A stretch of DNA of 55,506 bases, counting the filler, from Sphacelaria rigidula (lineage: Eukaryota): the NCBI GenBank assembly GCA_964200075.2. It is 6 parts of 6 records of this genome, joined end to end, with 100 filler letters (N's around TTAATTAATTAA, not from the genome) between each part and the next. Parts side by side here need not be neighbours in the genome. Positions count along the whole stretch, not along the records: positions 9,269 to 18,436 come from CAXNAA020009138.1; positions 18,537 to 27,704 come from CAXNAA020009139.1; 4 more parts are not named here. One strand, given 5' to 3'. This document shows positions 12,431-23,862 of the stretch, in pieces. Position 1 is the stretch's first letter. Every line of letters begins with the position of its first letter. The position numbers and the translations under genes were made by a program. The notes beneath the pieces were generated by a model. That model was not told the origin of the DNA and made no database searches. It saw only the letters and a list, made by a program, of their open reading frames with translations.

Positions 12431-13688
12431 CACTGCTTACGAGTGTATGTCCACACGCCCGTGCTTCGAAGCGACGCTTCCGCTGCAGGCGTGGTGAAGA
12501 GGCTGACTTATCGGTATATACCTCGCATATCAATGCGCATAGCTCATGAAAACTTCGCGGTCCAGTGTCTACCAATAACACAAACCTGACCCCGCACCAG
12601 GGGTCCGGCCGTGGTCCATATAATCACAACAATGAAGTGTACAATACCATGCAGGACAGTGTAATACCGCGTGCTTATACACCAGGTGCTATATACTGCA
12701 GAGTGAGCGCGGCATACGCGCTACGCATGGCTATGCAATGTGGATATATGCTGCAGCTTGTATTTCGATATACGGGGGTGTTATATACCGTCAGGGGTAT
12801 AACTACAGAGTTCACACGGCAGGACGCGCGCACGGAAGCGCAGCACGCAGTGAGCAGGGCATGAAAAGAATGCGGGGAAAGTACAGTATAGACAGTGAAG
12901 GACTATATCCGTTTTCTGCCTACACTGCGACGTGAAACGGACTTGAACAACGTGGAGCTTTGTACTGACGATGCCTGCACTCATACATCAACTACATATG
13001 CGGTGAGTGCGCGTGCTATATATACACCCTACTTACATATGGCGGTTCGAACCGCGTCGCTATGCGATATGCCGCGCGGCCATGACAGAAGATGCTCAAG
13101 TTCCCATGCACGAACAAGGAATACCCCACAGCCAACCACGACAGTGTGTATATATATCCCTGTGCCCAACTCGTGCTCTTTACTACAGACAGTAGATCGG
13201 GTAGTGGGGTATATATAGCTGAGAACAACAATGTTAGTGTTACGGCGGGTGATTTGCGCAGATCTCGGGTCATAGTCTATACTATATAATATACAAGGAC
13301 TTTCAAGTACAAAACTGCTGGGGTCCCAAAGGTCAAACTCCAGAGGTAAATTACACTCGGGAGAGCGCTTTCCCCCCAAAGTTGCCAACAGTCAACCATT
13401 TTGAAATGACAACACAAGGGTGCTCATGTTTTCGTTTCTGAAGTTATATTGCTTGATATATCCATTAGAAATCCAAACATATTGCCCACGCTAGCCACAA
13501 GTTATCGTTGGTTCAATGCCCAGCGCGTTCGTCTCCTTGGCACTAGGGTTCGAGTTCGATACCCACCCCTGTCACAAGTGGACTGTATTTTCGCCAGTAC
13601 TGCGCCCGCCCTGCAAGGTCGAGCATATCGTATGTGCGTAAAAATACTGTACAGCATATTAACAGCAATGAACACTACACGGAGTGAC

Positions 13689-13880
13689 GGAACCCTGTGG
13701 AGCGCCCTGTGTGGCACAAAGTAGTACCCTACAGTCAAATCCCCGCGAGAAACACTGCACAGTTTCCCTGGAACCCTGTGAAGCGTTCTGTGGGGCGCAA
13801 AAAAAACGCCTACAGCCAGACCCCCGCGAGAAACACTGCACAGTTTCCCTGAACCCTGTAGACGTGCCCCACAGGGTGCT
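13689..13880 (+). repeat. ~81-bp tandem repeat, ~2.3 copies
   Basis: ccccgcgagaaacactgcacagtttccctg occurs at 13741 and ~13822; each unit starts gaaccctgt. Confidence 0.9.
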
Positions 13881-16854
13881 ATTTGTCCACGTGTGTGATG
13901 CGGGTTCTAGATTGAAAGAAACGGCTCGGGTTTTGCAAGCGCGTTGCACTACAGTACAGTTGTATCCTTCGACAGCCCCACCGTGAAGCCGGCTCTCAAC
14001 ACAGCCACGGCGGAAGTGGCCATACAAGGCGTGATGGCTGGTTCAGACTGGATGAAGCGCCTCGCATGGGCACTACTACTGGCGAAATAACCCCATGCGT
14101 GGGACTAACTCTTACCCCCGTTGTGTGTGCGTGCAGAAGTTTCGTGGGACATTCATTTCATCCAACTCACGACTATACTGTAGTGATGCTGTACTCGGGT
14201 GTGCTGGTATATCCCAGCAGCCTGCTGAATGATGCTGCGTTTCAAAGATCGCTGGCGTCTGTCGCCGCATTGGATCGTTTCGCTGACGGTGCTCGTCGCC
14301 GGCGCAACAGTATGAAGTTTCTTTCAGATACTCAACAAGAGGCGCCCGAAAACTCGATGACTAGTCCAAAGAAGTATGCTCTCAGCATGCTTTGTTACGT
14401 GTTCCGTAGCGCTTAGACACAGGTCCTGCTCGAAAGATGCCGCACAATGACGGTGGTTTTTCTGTTGGACTGTTCATCATCATGCTTGCGCTGCTGTGCA
14501 GAAACATCTGGGTTAGGGTTACATGGTCGAAACCGCTTGCGAATCCCGATCCTTTTGGACGACACAAATGAACTTCCGATGGTCAGTTGGATCTCACCCA
14601 AACGTTGAACCTCGAAAACGAATCTAGGCTGTTATATTACGTAGAGTGGTACTTTGAAAATCTGTATGGAGAACCGGTAGATCATAATAATAGAAAAAAT
14701 GACTTTCCCCCCCTATGTTTCACTTTTTTTCTCTTTTTCTCTTGTTTTCGTTTCATTCCCTTTCTTTCCTTTTTCCCCTTTTGTTCCCCTTTTTTTCCTT
14801 AGTAGGCGAGTTTCGAGGAGAAATGAACATTGATCTTGAAACTCATTTCAGGTTTTCAGCTAGTTTATCACGATTGTGATTTTAAACCTAGCATGGAGAA
14901 CCATACAGGTATGCTGAATGAGATAAAAACAAAAAAATGGTCGTTCGATTCCTGTTTTCTAGAGGTTTGGGCTATCTCGTTGAAAAGTGCTCTCCACTCT
15001 GTACGTCTTTGGGCCCGGCATTCGTTTTTGTGTACTGTTTGTCCTATCTATTCCCCATACCAAATTTCAGGGGCCAACTCTCAATATGGAGGTGGGAATG
15101 GGCCTCCAAACCACAAACCCGCTTCTAGACTCGCCCAGCTCGTGAGACCATTGACCTCGCATCCCTACAAAGCCAGGGCGGAGCACGCCGGGTTTATGAT
15201 CCGCACATGATATTAATCGTCTAATCAAGCCGAAGGGGCCCATCCGCTCAGAAGCCTGAGTTATTTCTTGTCGATGGTTACCGTACGGAAATAGTGCTAT
15301 ATTTATGATTTTACTATGTATTCTGTTATTTGTTGCACTTTGAACCCCCCCCCCCCCCCCCCACCCCCTCCATCCCTCGGGACGAGTCCGTGATCTCGAG
15401 GGATCAACTCATCTCTCCCCGGTGCTATACTAGAGTCAAAATGGAACCCCGAACGATATGCACAGCGGATGATGACGAGTTTCGGTCTAGACATTCCCCG
15501 AAGCACGGGGAATGCATGGATATACGGTAACTCGCGTGATTCGTGATCTTTCTATCTCGAGATATCTCGAGATATGAGGCACATTAGATTCTGTACTGAA
15601 ATCAATTCAATATAAGCAGGGGCACTAGATGCCCTAAACCTGGATATCGCGTCTCAGTTTTTGACAGTTGTGTATCGTTATGAAATTTCGTATGGAGAAC
15701 CGCTAGTGTATACTAAAATTACACAAAAACAGCTTTTTATTTATTTCTTCGTTCTTGGTTTTTTGCATTTATTTTTGTATTTTCAGGGCAGTTTTGCGGA
15801 GAAATGAACATTGCACTTGGGCCTTATCCCCTTTTGTTGGCTTCATATTTACAAATGTGATTTAAAACTTAGCATGGAGAACCACAGAGGTATGCGAAAA
15901 AAATATGGTCCTCCACCTTGTTTTCCGTAGAGATCTGGGCGTTCTCGTGAAAAAAGATCCTCACCATTCTGAAACGCTCTAAACCAGTAAAGAAAATAAA
16001 TATGAGTAAATACCTGACCCACTGCGACCACGGGTTCAAGATGTGGCACGAATGCGACGAAGGGGCTGGACGCACACACGCCATGCAATGGGCGGCGAAT
16101 GGGAGATATGTTTACCAAACGGTGCACTACTACTGTAGAAGCGAGAATCTTTTTGTGAAGAACATGGGATGGGTCTGCACTCCCAAACACCGCCGAGCAT
16201 GGTGCAAGACCTTCGAGGGAATTTAGGGGGAACAGTAGTGAGCCCGGACGAACTGAACTGCCGTGGGTGCTATAGTTAGGAGGGCCGACTTGCCTGGAGG
16301 GCCGAGCACGCTCAGAGGCGAGGGAAGGAGTGCAAAAAAGACCTGAATCCTACATCGCATCACTCACCGCGGGTGTGGTGCTAGCCCCCTGTGTGACAGA
16401 CATCGGCAACATGCATGTGTTTCGGGTGTAGGTTAGCCCCTGATCCCAGCCGCCGAACGCTTCCGTTCTGCATGCGTGCTGACTAGTTCAGTTAGCTGTC
16501 GCTTATTTATTCAACTTGAAGTAAGCTTTGCTTTGTTATTTTTAGGTCGTAATATAAGCCGGGCCTGTGGACAGCAGCTGTGACTGATCTAGCCCCGACA
16601 GGCATGAAATTACGGTGAATGGTTATACGCCTCCTACAGTCATTATACCAGCTGCCAGGAAATGCTCCACATGGCGTGACTCGCCACCAGACACGCTGAC
16701 AGACTTTCGGCTTCAGCTTTTCAGATTCGATCGTCGTGCGAGGTTATATTTTGTTGCGGGTCTGATCAGAGAAACGTTCAACTGCATTTTCGTCAAACGC
16801 TGCCCATGTTGGACAGTTCATGAGCTACCTGGATATTACTTCTGAGGAATGCTA

Positions 16855-17090
16855 CGGTAGGGGTGCACTTTTTTCGCGAAATTTTGTCTGATTCAGAGGC
16901 TCCTAACGATATCTAGACGCACAAGAATATGGGCCGGGGCATCCTCGTTTGCAGATTTATTCGGGATATCCTCAGCATATTGGAATAGTAATCTTGGCGT
17001 ACTCTCGCATATTTTCCTAAGTCGTGTTTTGGATGAGATAAGGGGCTCCTAACAATTCTAACCTCAGATATTATTTCTGTACCCCTACCG
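16855..17090. mobile_element. Tc1/mariner-type MITE with TA target-site duplication
   Basis: atgcTA|CGGTAGGGGTGC ... GTACCCCTACCG|TAgcat; the TIRs and TA duplication are visible. Confidence 0.75.
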
Positions 17091-17932
17091 TAGCATCACT
17101 CTTCTCATTAGAGCACTGATGCGGATCATGACCTAGCTCATTTGGCCACTATTGTATCAGCTCGCGACAGCGATCGACGCCGAGCACGCGGTGTAGCGGG
17201 AAGGGACGCTTTGGCTTTTCGGACGTTGCCGTCGCGTGCTTTTTGTTTGGCACAGCGGATCTGAAAGTTCTCTTCGAAGAGTTCTTTTAGTTACCTCATG
17301 AGTTGCCCGACGTGTGAAACGTTGCACTACGTTGCTTCCAAAAATGTCGTTGAGACTTGTACAGCTGTACGAAGGAGCCGCACAAGGGGTCTTACAGACT
17401 GTAAGACATTATACACCACCCTCGATTCCCGCAACTCTCATTCTGGGCGACGGGGGAGGGGGAGGGGGGAGGGTACCATTTTTCGAAGGGATGGGTACCC
17501 CCTTCATCAGATGAATAATGACGATAGTAGGTACTGTACTGTGCAGTACGTACAAGAACGGCTCTGCCCTACGATGGGGGCTGTGAACTGGACCAGTTTG
17601 TACTGGCGATGAAACTGGAACTCGAGTTTGACTGGAACTAACTGGTGATGAGGACTCCAGTTGATCCAGTATATTTGAAGTTTGCCGTCACCGGCTATGT
17701 TGATATCAATCGTATTATAGTGAGTTTATAACAAAGATGCTTACATTATCACGAACGAAATGGCAGGATAATTGGGGCCTGCACCTGACAGCAGTACAGG
17801 TACAGACAGTACTCGTGGCACGAGCTGGGCTAGCCTAGAAGCGGACTTCAAGTTTGCAGGCCCGCTCGGGATTTGAGGCCGCTTCTCACAGACTGAAAAA
17901 GAGTCTCGCTGAGAACTGCCCTTTCGAACCTT

Positions 17933-18287
17933 TCATCACGGATTATAGGCGGAATACGGGCCTTGGCGGATTGGGCCTCCTCGGAAAGATTTGCTACATT
18001 TTTTCACGAGGATTCTAGCGCGCTTGTCCGATCTTTCGTACGCCCAGTTTTACTTTGCGCCGGATTCTGGATTTTTTTAGTCGCCCCTAAAAACGTCGAA
18101 TTGTCGGGGAAAAGACGACAACTGGACGGTTTCGGGGGCGACCAAAAAGACTCAAAACCCGGTCAAATGTAAGACTGGGCGTACAAACAATCGCAGAAGT
18201 GCGCTAGAATCCTCGTGAAAACATCGCCAATCTTTTAGAGGAGGCCAAATCTGCCAAGGCCCGTATTCCGCCAATACCCCGTGATGA
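17933..18287. mobile_element. Foldback MITE, ~355-bp hairpin
   Basis: Arm tcatcacgg...ggcggaatacgggccttggc...cacgaggattctagcgc...gtacgcccagt pairs with actgggcgtac...gcgctagaatcctcgtg...gccaaggcccgtattccgcc...ccgtgatga. Confidence 0.9.
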
Positions 18288-18290
18288 GAG

Positions 18291-18428
18291 GAGTCATTCT
18301 ACGATAGGAGGGGGGTTATTTTGGGCCATTTGTTGCTCGAAATTACGAGACAAATCGTCTTTGAAAGCAGCGACGGTTGTTCGAACAAGCTTGTTGTGGA
18401 TCAATAACGCTCATCCATACTGCCTGAC
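18291..18428 (+). repeat. Dispersed repeat family copy
   Basis: Reverse complement of 25117-25252 (gagtcat...cggttgttcgaac...aacgctcat-catactgc). Confidence 0.75.
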
Positions 18429-18436
18429 ATCGTTCG

Positions 18437-18536
18437 NNNNNNNNNNNNNNNNNNNNNNNNNNNNNNNNNNNNNNNNNNNNTTAATTAATTAANNNNNNNN
18501 NNNNNNNNNNNNNNNNNNNNNNNNNNNNNNNNNNNN
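18437..18536. other. Artificial contig-join spacer
   Basis: 44 N + TTAATTAATTAA + 44 N. Confidence 0.99.
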
Positions 18537-20531
18537 GACCGTCAGTCTGATTTTGCCATTCTTCTTACGGACGACTTCTAGAAGCGAAGCCCACGGAGAC
18601 GTCGAGTGCCGAATCAAACCGGCAGATAAGTAACCATCGAGAATTACCTGGATCTTATCCGCTGAAAGGGGGTTCGTACGGTACGGACGCATTGCGATAG
18701 GAGGAGTGCCATCAGGAATCTTGATCTTAAACGGTGTCGTGGTACATCGACCTAGATCCAAGGGTGCAGTAGAAAACCGTTCAGAGTATCTAATCAAGAT
18801 GGATCTCAATCTATCGATTACAGTGGGTGTCCAACCATCGCCAGATAGATCAAAAACAATATGCCGTAAGTCAGGGGGAATGTCATTCCACAACTTTTGA
18901 TAACTGGCGCATTGTTCTGGAGAAAATCTATCCAGTAATGCAGTTGGGGGTTGAGGGTCAGGCGCGTCCGGTGGATTTGTCACCAACATGGGGTCAGACG
19001 TGTGTAGTGGAGGGGGGGGCATGGATTTCGGGGGGTCGGTCGGCGAGTTGTTGTTCGCCGGGGGGCACACATCTGCCAGAGCGGTTCGTATGAGAGGCGC
19101 TTGAGCATAAGCCAACAACTGACCGTTGAGTATATCGAAACATGCAGGGGACGTGAGGTAAATGGCCTGCCTACCTTCGTGGACAAAGACTTCGGTCTGT
19201 TCAAACGGACCAGCCAGTGCTTGGTCAGGTTTGAGCAACTCGACCAAATAATGTCCTTTGAGGGCGGGCGATCCATTGCGTCTCACGAGGTTCACTTGTA
19301 TTAGTTGGGGTTCACAAGAAAGCGAGACTACAGGTTCACCAACATAGTACAGACGAAAAGCAATACCTGTTTTCGTGGGATCATCCTCATAAGCATGGGC
19401 TCTCGAATCAGTGTCGAGGTGACCCAGAGACAGTTTGCCTGTTACTGGACGGTTCGGGACAGGTGTGTCCGTCGTATACGTATGTGTGGAAAAACGAAGC
19501 CAACTATCTCGACCCAACAAAACATCAAAAGACATGGAACCGTCGGGCACTATTAGTGCCCATACGGACAACCGAGCAGTGGGAGTAGTATCCTGGTAAA
19601 ATTGTACACTTAGTCTCACCGATTGATTGACCGTAAGAGATGTGGAGGAACCAAACCCACCAAAAACACGAGGGTGCACGGTGGACAGACAATGCTCGTC
19701 CGCCGCGCCCGCGTTGATCATCTGTTGCCAGCAGCTGGCGGTAATGAACGTTTGAGGTGAACCAGAGTCTGGTAGTGCAAGAGCTATCAAATGACAGCTT
19801 GCACGCGCTCCACTATGTAAACCTATTTTGGTCGTAAAAGAAGCATCATCCAGAGTTACAGTACCACTGACGAGATCGGGCCCGAATTCGGGTATGACAT
19901 CTGACACATCCTGCTTTGCGTTTTGAACGAAGGTGCTAAAATACACCCGTTTATGATCCTGTGGGACAAGCTTTTGGTCGGAAGGATGGTGCGTGCATGG
20001 AGTGTCAGTGTTTGTGCCTGGAATATTTGTCTCATCAGTCGAGGGTTGAATCTCATATACTGCAACGGAGGGGCGATGCCGGGGAAGAGCAGTTGTCGTG
20101 CTTGGACCCGACAACTGATCTGTGCGTGGTGTTTCACCCTTATTGGCCAACAGAGGGGGCGAATAGTCATTGTGCAAAGCGGGATCAATTACATTATCCA
20201 GCTTGTCCAAAACGGGGGACGATTCATCAGGGCGCGGTGTTGAGTTTGATACGCCAATCAACTCAATACCATCACTAGTTAGGGCCAACATGGGAGGTAT
20301 TGGAGACGATTCGTCAGGACGCGGGATTGGTAGAGCTGTGCTGTTCAACCCGGCGTCTATGAAAGGGGCCAACGTGGGCGAGGTAGGAGACGAGTCGTCT
20401 TGCGTAACACTTCGTCTGCCTGGTGACGAACACACGATTGAGGTGCCTTCATGACTAGGATACGAACGTCCATGAGTAGGCCAAGTCTCTGTCTCTACAG
20501 ACGGCAACTCTTCATCAGAAATGGGTTCCAA
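18537..20531 (-). CDS. pol: Gypsy pol: aspartic protease and RT N-terminus (truncated)
   Basis: Protease motifs LPDSGSPQTFI and FDVLLGRDSW; RT start PIAMRPYRTNP...GLIRHSTSPWASLLEVVRKKNGKIRLTV. Confidence 0.92.
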
Positions 20532-20573
20532 CGCAGTGCACGAGGGGTGGTCAGGGAGCAGTAACGATCCGTT

Positions 20574-21506
20574 CTAAATCTGGGGAGTACCGGCCTGTTC
20601 TACTCTAAGGTTTTCATCTGTCTGAGCCCACACGCAAAATCTTCCTTGGAGTTCACGTACGCTTGCTACATCAGGGTTATCTACATGATCGTCTGGAGGA
20701 GCCCGCCTAGGGTGACGCTTATAGCGCACGAAAGGTCCGGCGGCTCCAGGAGCTATTGAAATGAGTTTTCGGACAGTCGAACCTACGTCACGCTTTTGGC
20801 GCACCACCTGAGTCGCTGTCACTTGGGGCTCCATTTCAACCCGCTGAGCGACGGAAAGCGTGGGTTCTGTGCGGTTGCGATCCTTCAAGGAATAATTATA
20901 CTCATCAAATAAAAGGAAACCGGGTACCGTAGTTTTCGCGGAACTCGGTAGGGTAGTTAGCCGGGCACTCGAGCAGTTGGGGGGTGCTTGAGTGCGTGGC
21001 TTTGAATTTGGTGTCCTCCTCCGAACAGGCGAAGGGACAGCGTCTACCGTACCAGAAGATATTTCGGCTCCTGATGCGTTAGAAACTGCACTACATGACT
21101 TCCTCTCCCCCGAAGAGGAAGGATTTGATTGAATATGATTAGTACCTGGTGGATGTAAAACTGGGTGATCAAATCCAGGATTAAAACGTTGGGTTTGATC
21201 ACTGCTCAATTGATAGCCATGCAACGGTGCACGGGCTTCGACTGTCTTGGAACCCTTCAAGGCAGTGTCAGCATATCCAGGGAACCCACACCACATGGTT
21301 AAACCCGCGGTGGCCGCCGTTGATTCACGTGTGTGATGTGTGTGGCCTGGCCGAGCGAAATAAAATTGTTGGGTACTTCTGCGGTGCTTTACCGGCGAAC
21401 GTTGATTCCAAATGGTGGGGTTGTGCCAACGATTGGGGAACAAGCGGTCGTCAGAAGTATAAAATGAAGGGGCAGGTGGTGGCGTCCAGATTTTTGGATC
21501 AGCCAC
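20574..21506 (-). CDS. Low-complexity gag-pol linker ORF, in frame with gag and pol
   Basis: 310-aa P/S/T-rich ORF in the same frame as both neighbours (offsets of 960 and 975 nt). Confidence 0.6.
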   Translation of the reverse strand: MADPKIWTPPPAPSFYTSDDRLFPNRWHNPTIWNQRSPVKHRRSTQQFYFARPGHTHHTRESTAATAGLTMWCGFPGYADTALKGSKTVEARAPLHGYQLSSDQTQRFNPGFDHPVLHPPGTNHIQSNPSSSGERKSCSAVSNASGAEISSGTVDAVPSPVRRRTPNSKPRTQAPPNCSSARLTTLPSSAKTTVPGFLLFDEYNYSLKDRNRTEPTLSVAQRVEMEPQVTATQVVRQKRDVGSTVRKLISIAPGAAGPFVRYKRHPRRAPPDDHVDNPDVASVRELQGRFCVWAQTDENLRVEQAGTPQI

Positions 21507-21575
21507 ACGTCCTGTGTTACCCCACTGATAGCTGCTCAGAGACGCGGGGGCTTGGTAAACGTTCCCAGAAAACGG

Positions 21576-22466
21576 TCAAGTTGTGCGATGAGCATCAGGG
21601 GTGGGTTGTTGGGCGTCTTCCTGGCGTGGGGGACCCGTAGGGCTAGGTGCAATCATCAGTGGTCGTCTTCCGTCTTGTGATTGTGCCTGGTTCTGCGGTT
21701 GAGAGTTTGCCGGGTCAGACTGTGTTAGACGTGGCGCCGAGTCAGCGGGCCGCGTCTGGTAGTGCGTTGTTTGGTACTGCGGGTTTTGGTAGCGGGAATC
21801 GTTACCATAAAAGCGATTACCCCGTCTAGGGCGGTTGTTTTGGCCACGCGTGTCGCCGGATTGAGGGCGGCGGTAAGAACGCATACGTGCTTGCCAAGTT
21901 GGCCAGCACGATGCATATTGCGGATCGTGGAATATGTTATTCAAGACGCCGAATGCGTTCACAAACGGTGCCTCACCGGTGCGCATGGAGTGGATGAGAA
22001 CTCTGCCGTCGGCGGAGTACCCAGTTTGTCCATTGAACCATATTCCGCAATTGAGGCATTTGTTCTTACACTCACGTATAAGCTCATTACGTATGTTGGG
22101 TTCAACGTCGCGGGCCCAGAGGGGGAGGTCATGGTTGTTCATTGAGGTACTCACGTTGAACACCTCCGGCCAAATTTCGTTGGCGAAGGGCCAGCTTGGA
22201 AATCGACGAGCAAATGCGTCTGATACCTGAACCTGAGCGGTCATCATGACTTCCCCGGCAGAAATCCCAGCTGAAGCCCCTTGAATGTGGAAGTATAAGC
22301 AATTACCGCAAGCAGTAGTGCCGTATACACCGAACGCAAGCAAGCCACTCCCCCTGTAGGGTGTAGACAGGCGGTACTGTTTCCGACTTGCTAATCCAAA
22401 CTGCTGTTTCACTCCCTCGAGACAATAGCCCAGCTGTCTAAGTGGCAACAGCCCCACAGCCAGCAA
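21576..22466 (-). CDS. gag: Gypsy gag C-terminal part with an atypical zinc-knuckle-like motif
   Basis: CKNKCLNCG...HSMR motif followed by an R/Q/P-rich tail; lies upstream of the protease. Confidence 0.7.
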   Translation of the reverse strand: MLAVGLLPLRQLGYCLEGVKQQFGLASRKQYRLSTPYRGSGLLAFGVYGTTACGNCLYFHIQGASAGISAGEVMMTAQVQVSDAFARRFPSWPFANEIWPEVFNVSTSMNNHDLPLWARDVEPNIRNELIRECKNKCLNCGIWFNGQTGYSADGRVLIHSMRTGEAPFVNAFGVLNNIFHDPQYASCWPTWQARMRSYRRPQSGDTRGQNNRPRRGNRFYGNDSRYQNPQYQTTHYQTRPADSAPRLTQSDPANSQPQNQAQSQDGRRPLMIAPSPTGPPRQEDAQQPTPDAHRTT

Positions 22467-23160
22467 ACAAGTAACAATGGTGAATGAGGGTGATATAGTA
22501 CAGCACAGCTAAGACTCACGCCAATAAGGCTGTGGACTCGCGACACTGAAGACAGGAGATCGGTAGGTAGCTGATGAGCAAAGCTCTTCTTTATATCCAA
22601 CTAGGCCTGAAGACTGTAGTCGAGGTTTTCGAGTGGGACAGGGGGGTAGAGCAGCTGCCCATACATCCGTCTACCCCGCTGACAATCTCGTCATAATACA
22701 AAATCACTGTGACGCGCCGTACCTTTAGGTAATCAAGGCTGTACCCGCGGCTAATCAGGTACAATCCTTTTGCCTTCAACCCGCTGTGGCAATAATACAG
22801 GGATCGAATCCTACCTTACACAAACACACATTCGACTAGAATCCTTCCATAGCCGCTGGTCGTTTCTGGGAACCATCTGCATATCCACAAGGAAACCAGT
22901 TTTAATTCAGGCCCTCAGTCATTTACCATCGGACCTCAGGATGGGCATACTTATTTACCTGGCGGGGGCTTGCCACTGGGCATGAGGACTGGTGACCCCA
23001 GGAGGAGCAGCAGGCTCTTGCACTGGCTGAGATAAGCCTGGAGTGCTGTAATCCCTGCAGAATATTCCTCCGGGGTACTGTATCTCTACCCATAATTTTG
23101 CGCGGTGGAGGTGTCCGCTTGCGGCCCTCCCAATAACTGAACAACAGTCTGTACACGAAA

Positions 23161-23862
23161 CAGAGGATCCTGAAAAGTGAGGTTGGCCATTAAAGTGGAC
23201 TTTCAAAGGTTCACATGTTGCGTGAGATAGTTTTGCAAAAAACAACCGAGGAATTGATTTGTCGGTCGAAACTTCCCCCAACGCGCCTTGTCGCGTATTG
23301 CTGCTCCGGTGTCTGTACCTCCTTTCGTACATTCGAAACGGCTCTCACTAAGTGAGGGAAAGCGCTCTTCGTAGAATTCCCTCATGTTGGAAACAAATGA
23401 CGCCAGACTTTTTGTCGAGTCCTGGGGAAATTCGCAAGGGGAAAGCAGTGTCCCACCCACAACATTGTTTCATATTTTTACGTCTATCAAACGTCTCCAG
23501 CAACGAGAGTTTTTTTCCGAAACACCCACGGCGGCACTTCACTTCTCATGATAACCATTCCCTCTTTCATCATTTCGAGGGAGTTCGAGAAAGCTCCGGA
23601 ACACTTTATGATGAAACCCGAGCAAAGCCGACGGAAGCAACCCCTCCTCACCTGCGGTGAGAGCCGTTTCCAATGTGCAAAGGAGATACATTTGGCTTCA
23701 GACGCCGGAGCAAAAATGCGCGGCAAGGCAAGCTAGGGGAAGCTTACACGGACAAAAGAAGTCCTCAGCTGTTTGTTTTCGCAAAACCGTCTCACGTAAA
23801 ATGTGAACTTCTGGGAGGTGAACCCCGTACTAGTGTTCAACCTCATTCTTCAGGATCCTCTG
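23161..23862. mobile_element. MITE with ~190-bp TIRs (CAGAGGATCCTGA...) at the 5' end of the Gypsy gag remnant
   Basis: 23161-23348 is an imperfect reverse complement of 23657-23862. A partial third copy lies at ~25070-25115. No clear TSD. Confidence 0.85.

Larger units (their letters stand above)
10932..14633. mobile_element. ~3.7-kb segment bounded by ~145-bp terminal inverted repeats (non-autonomous TIR element, or two inverted copies)
   Basis: 10932-11078 is the reverse complement of 14487-14633 (e.g. tttgggtgagatccaactgaccatcg / cgatggtcagttggatctcacccaaa). No transposase was recognised inside and the TSD is unclear. Confidence 0.7.
18537..23150 (-). mobile_element. Ty3/Gypsy LTR retrotransposon, internal region (gag, linker, protease, start of RT), truncated by the contig end
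   Basis: Protease followed directly by RT is the Gypsy domain order. The 5' gag part (22467-23150) is frameshifted. Confidence 0.9.

Noticed and set aside
15849..16226. Possible exon near 16014-16065 (minus) or ORF 16002-16226 (plus)
   Set aside because: Strand and frame are ambiguous and no motif was recognised.
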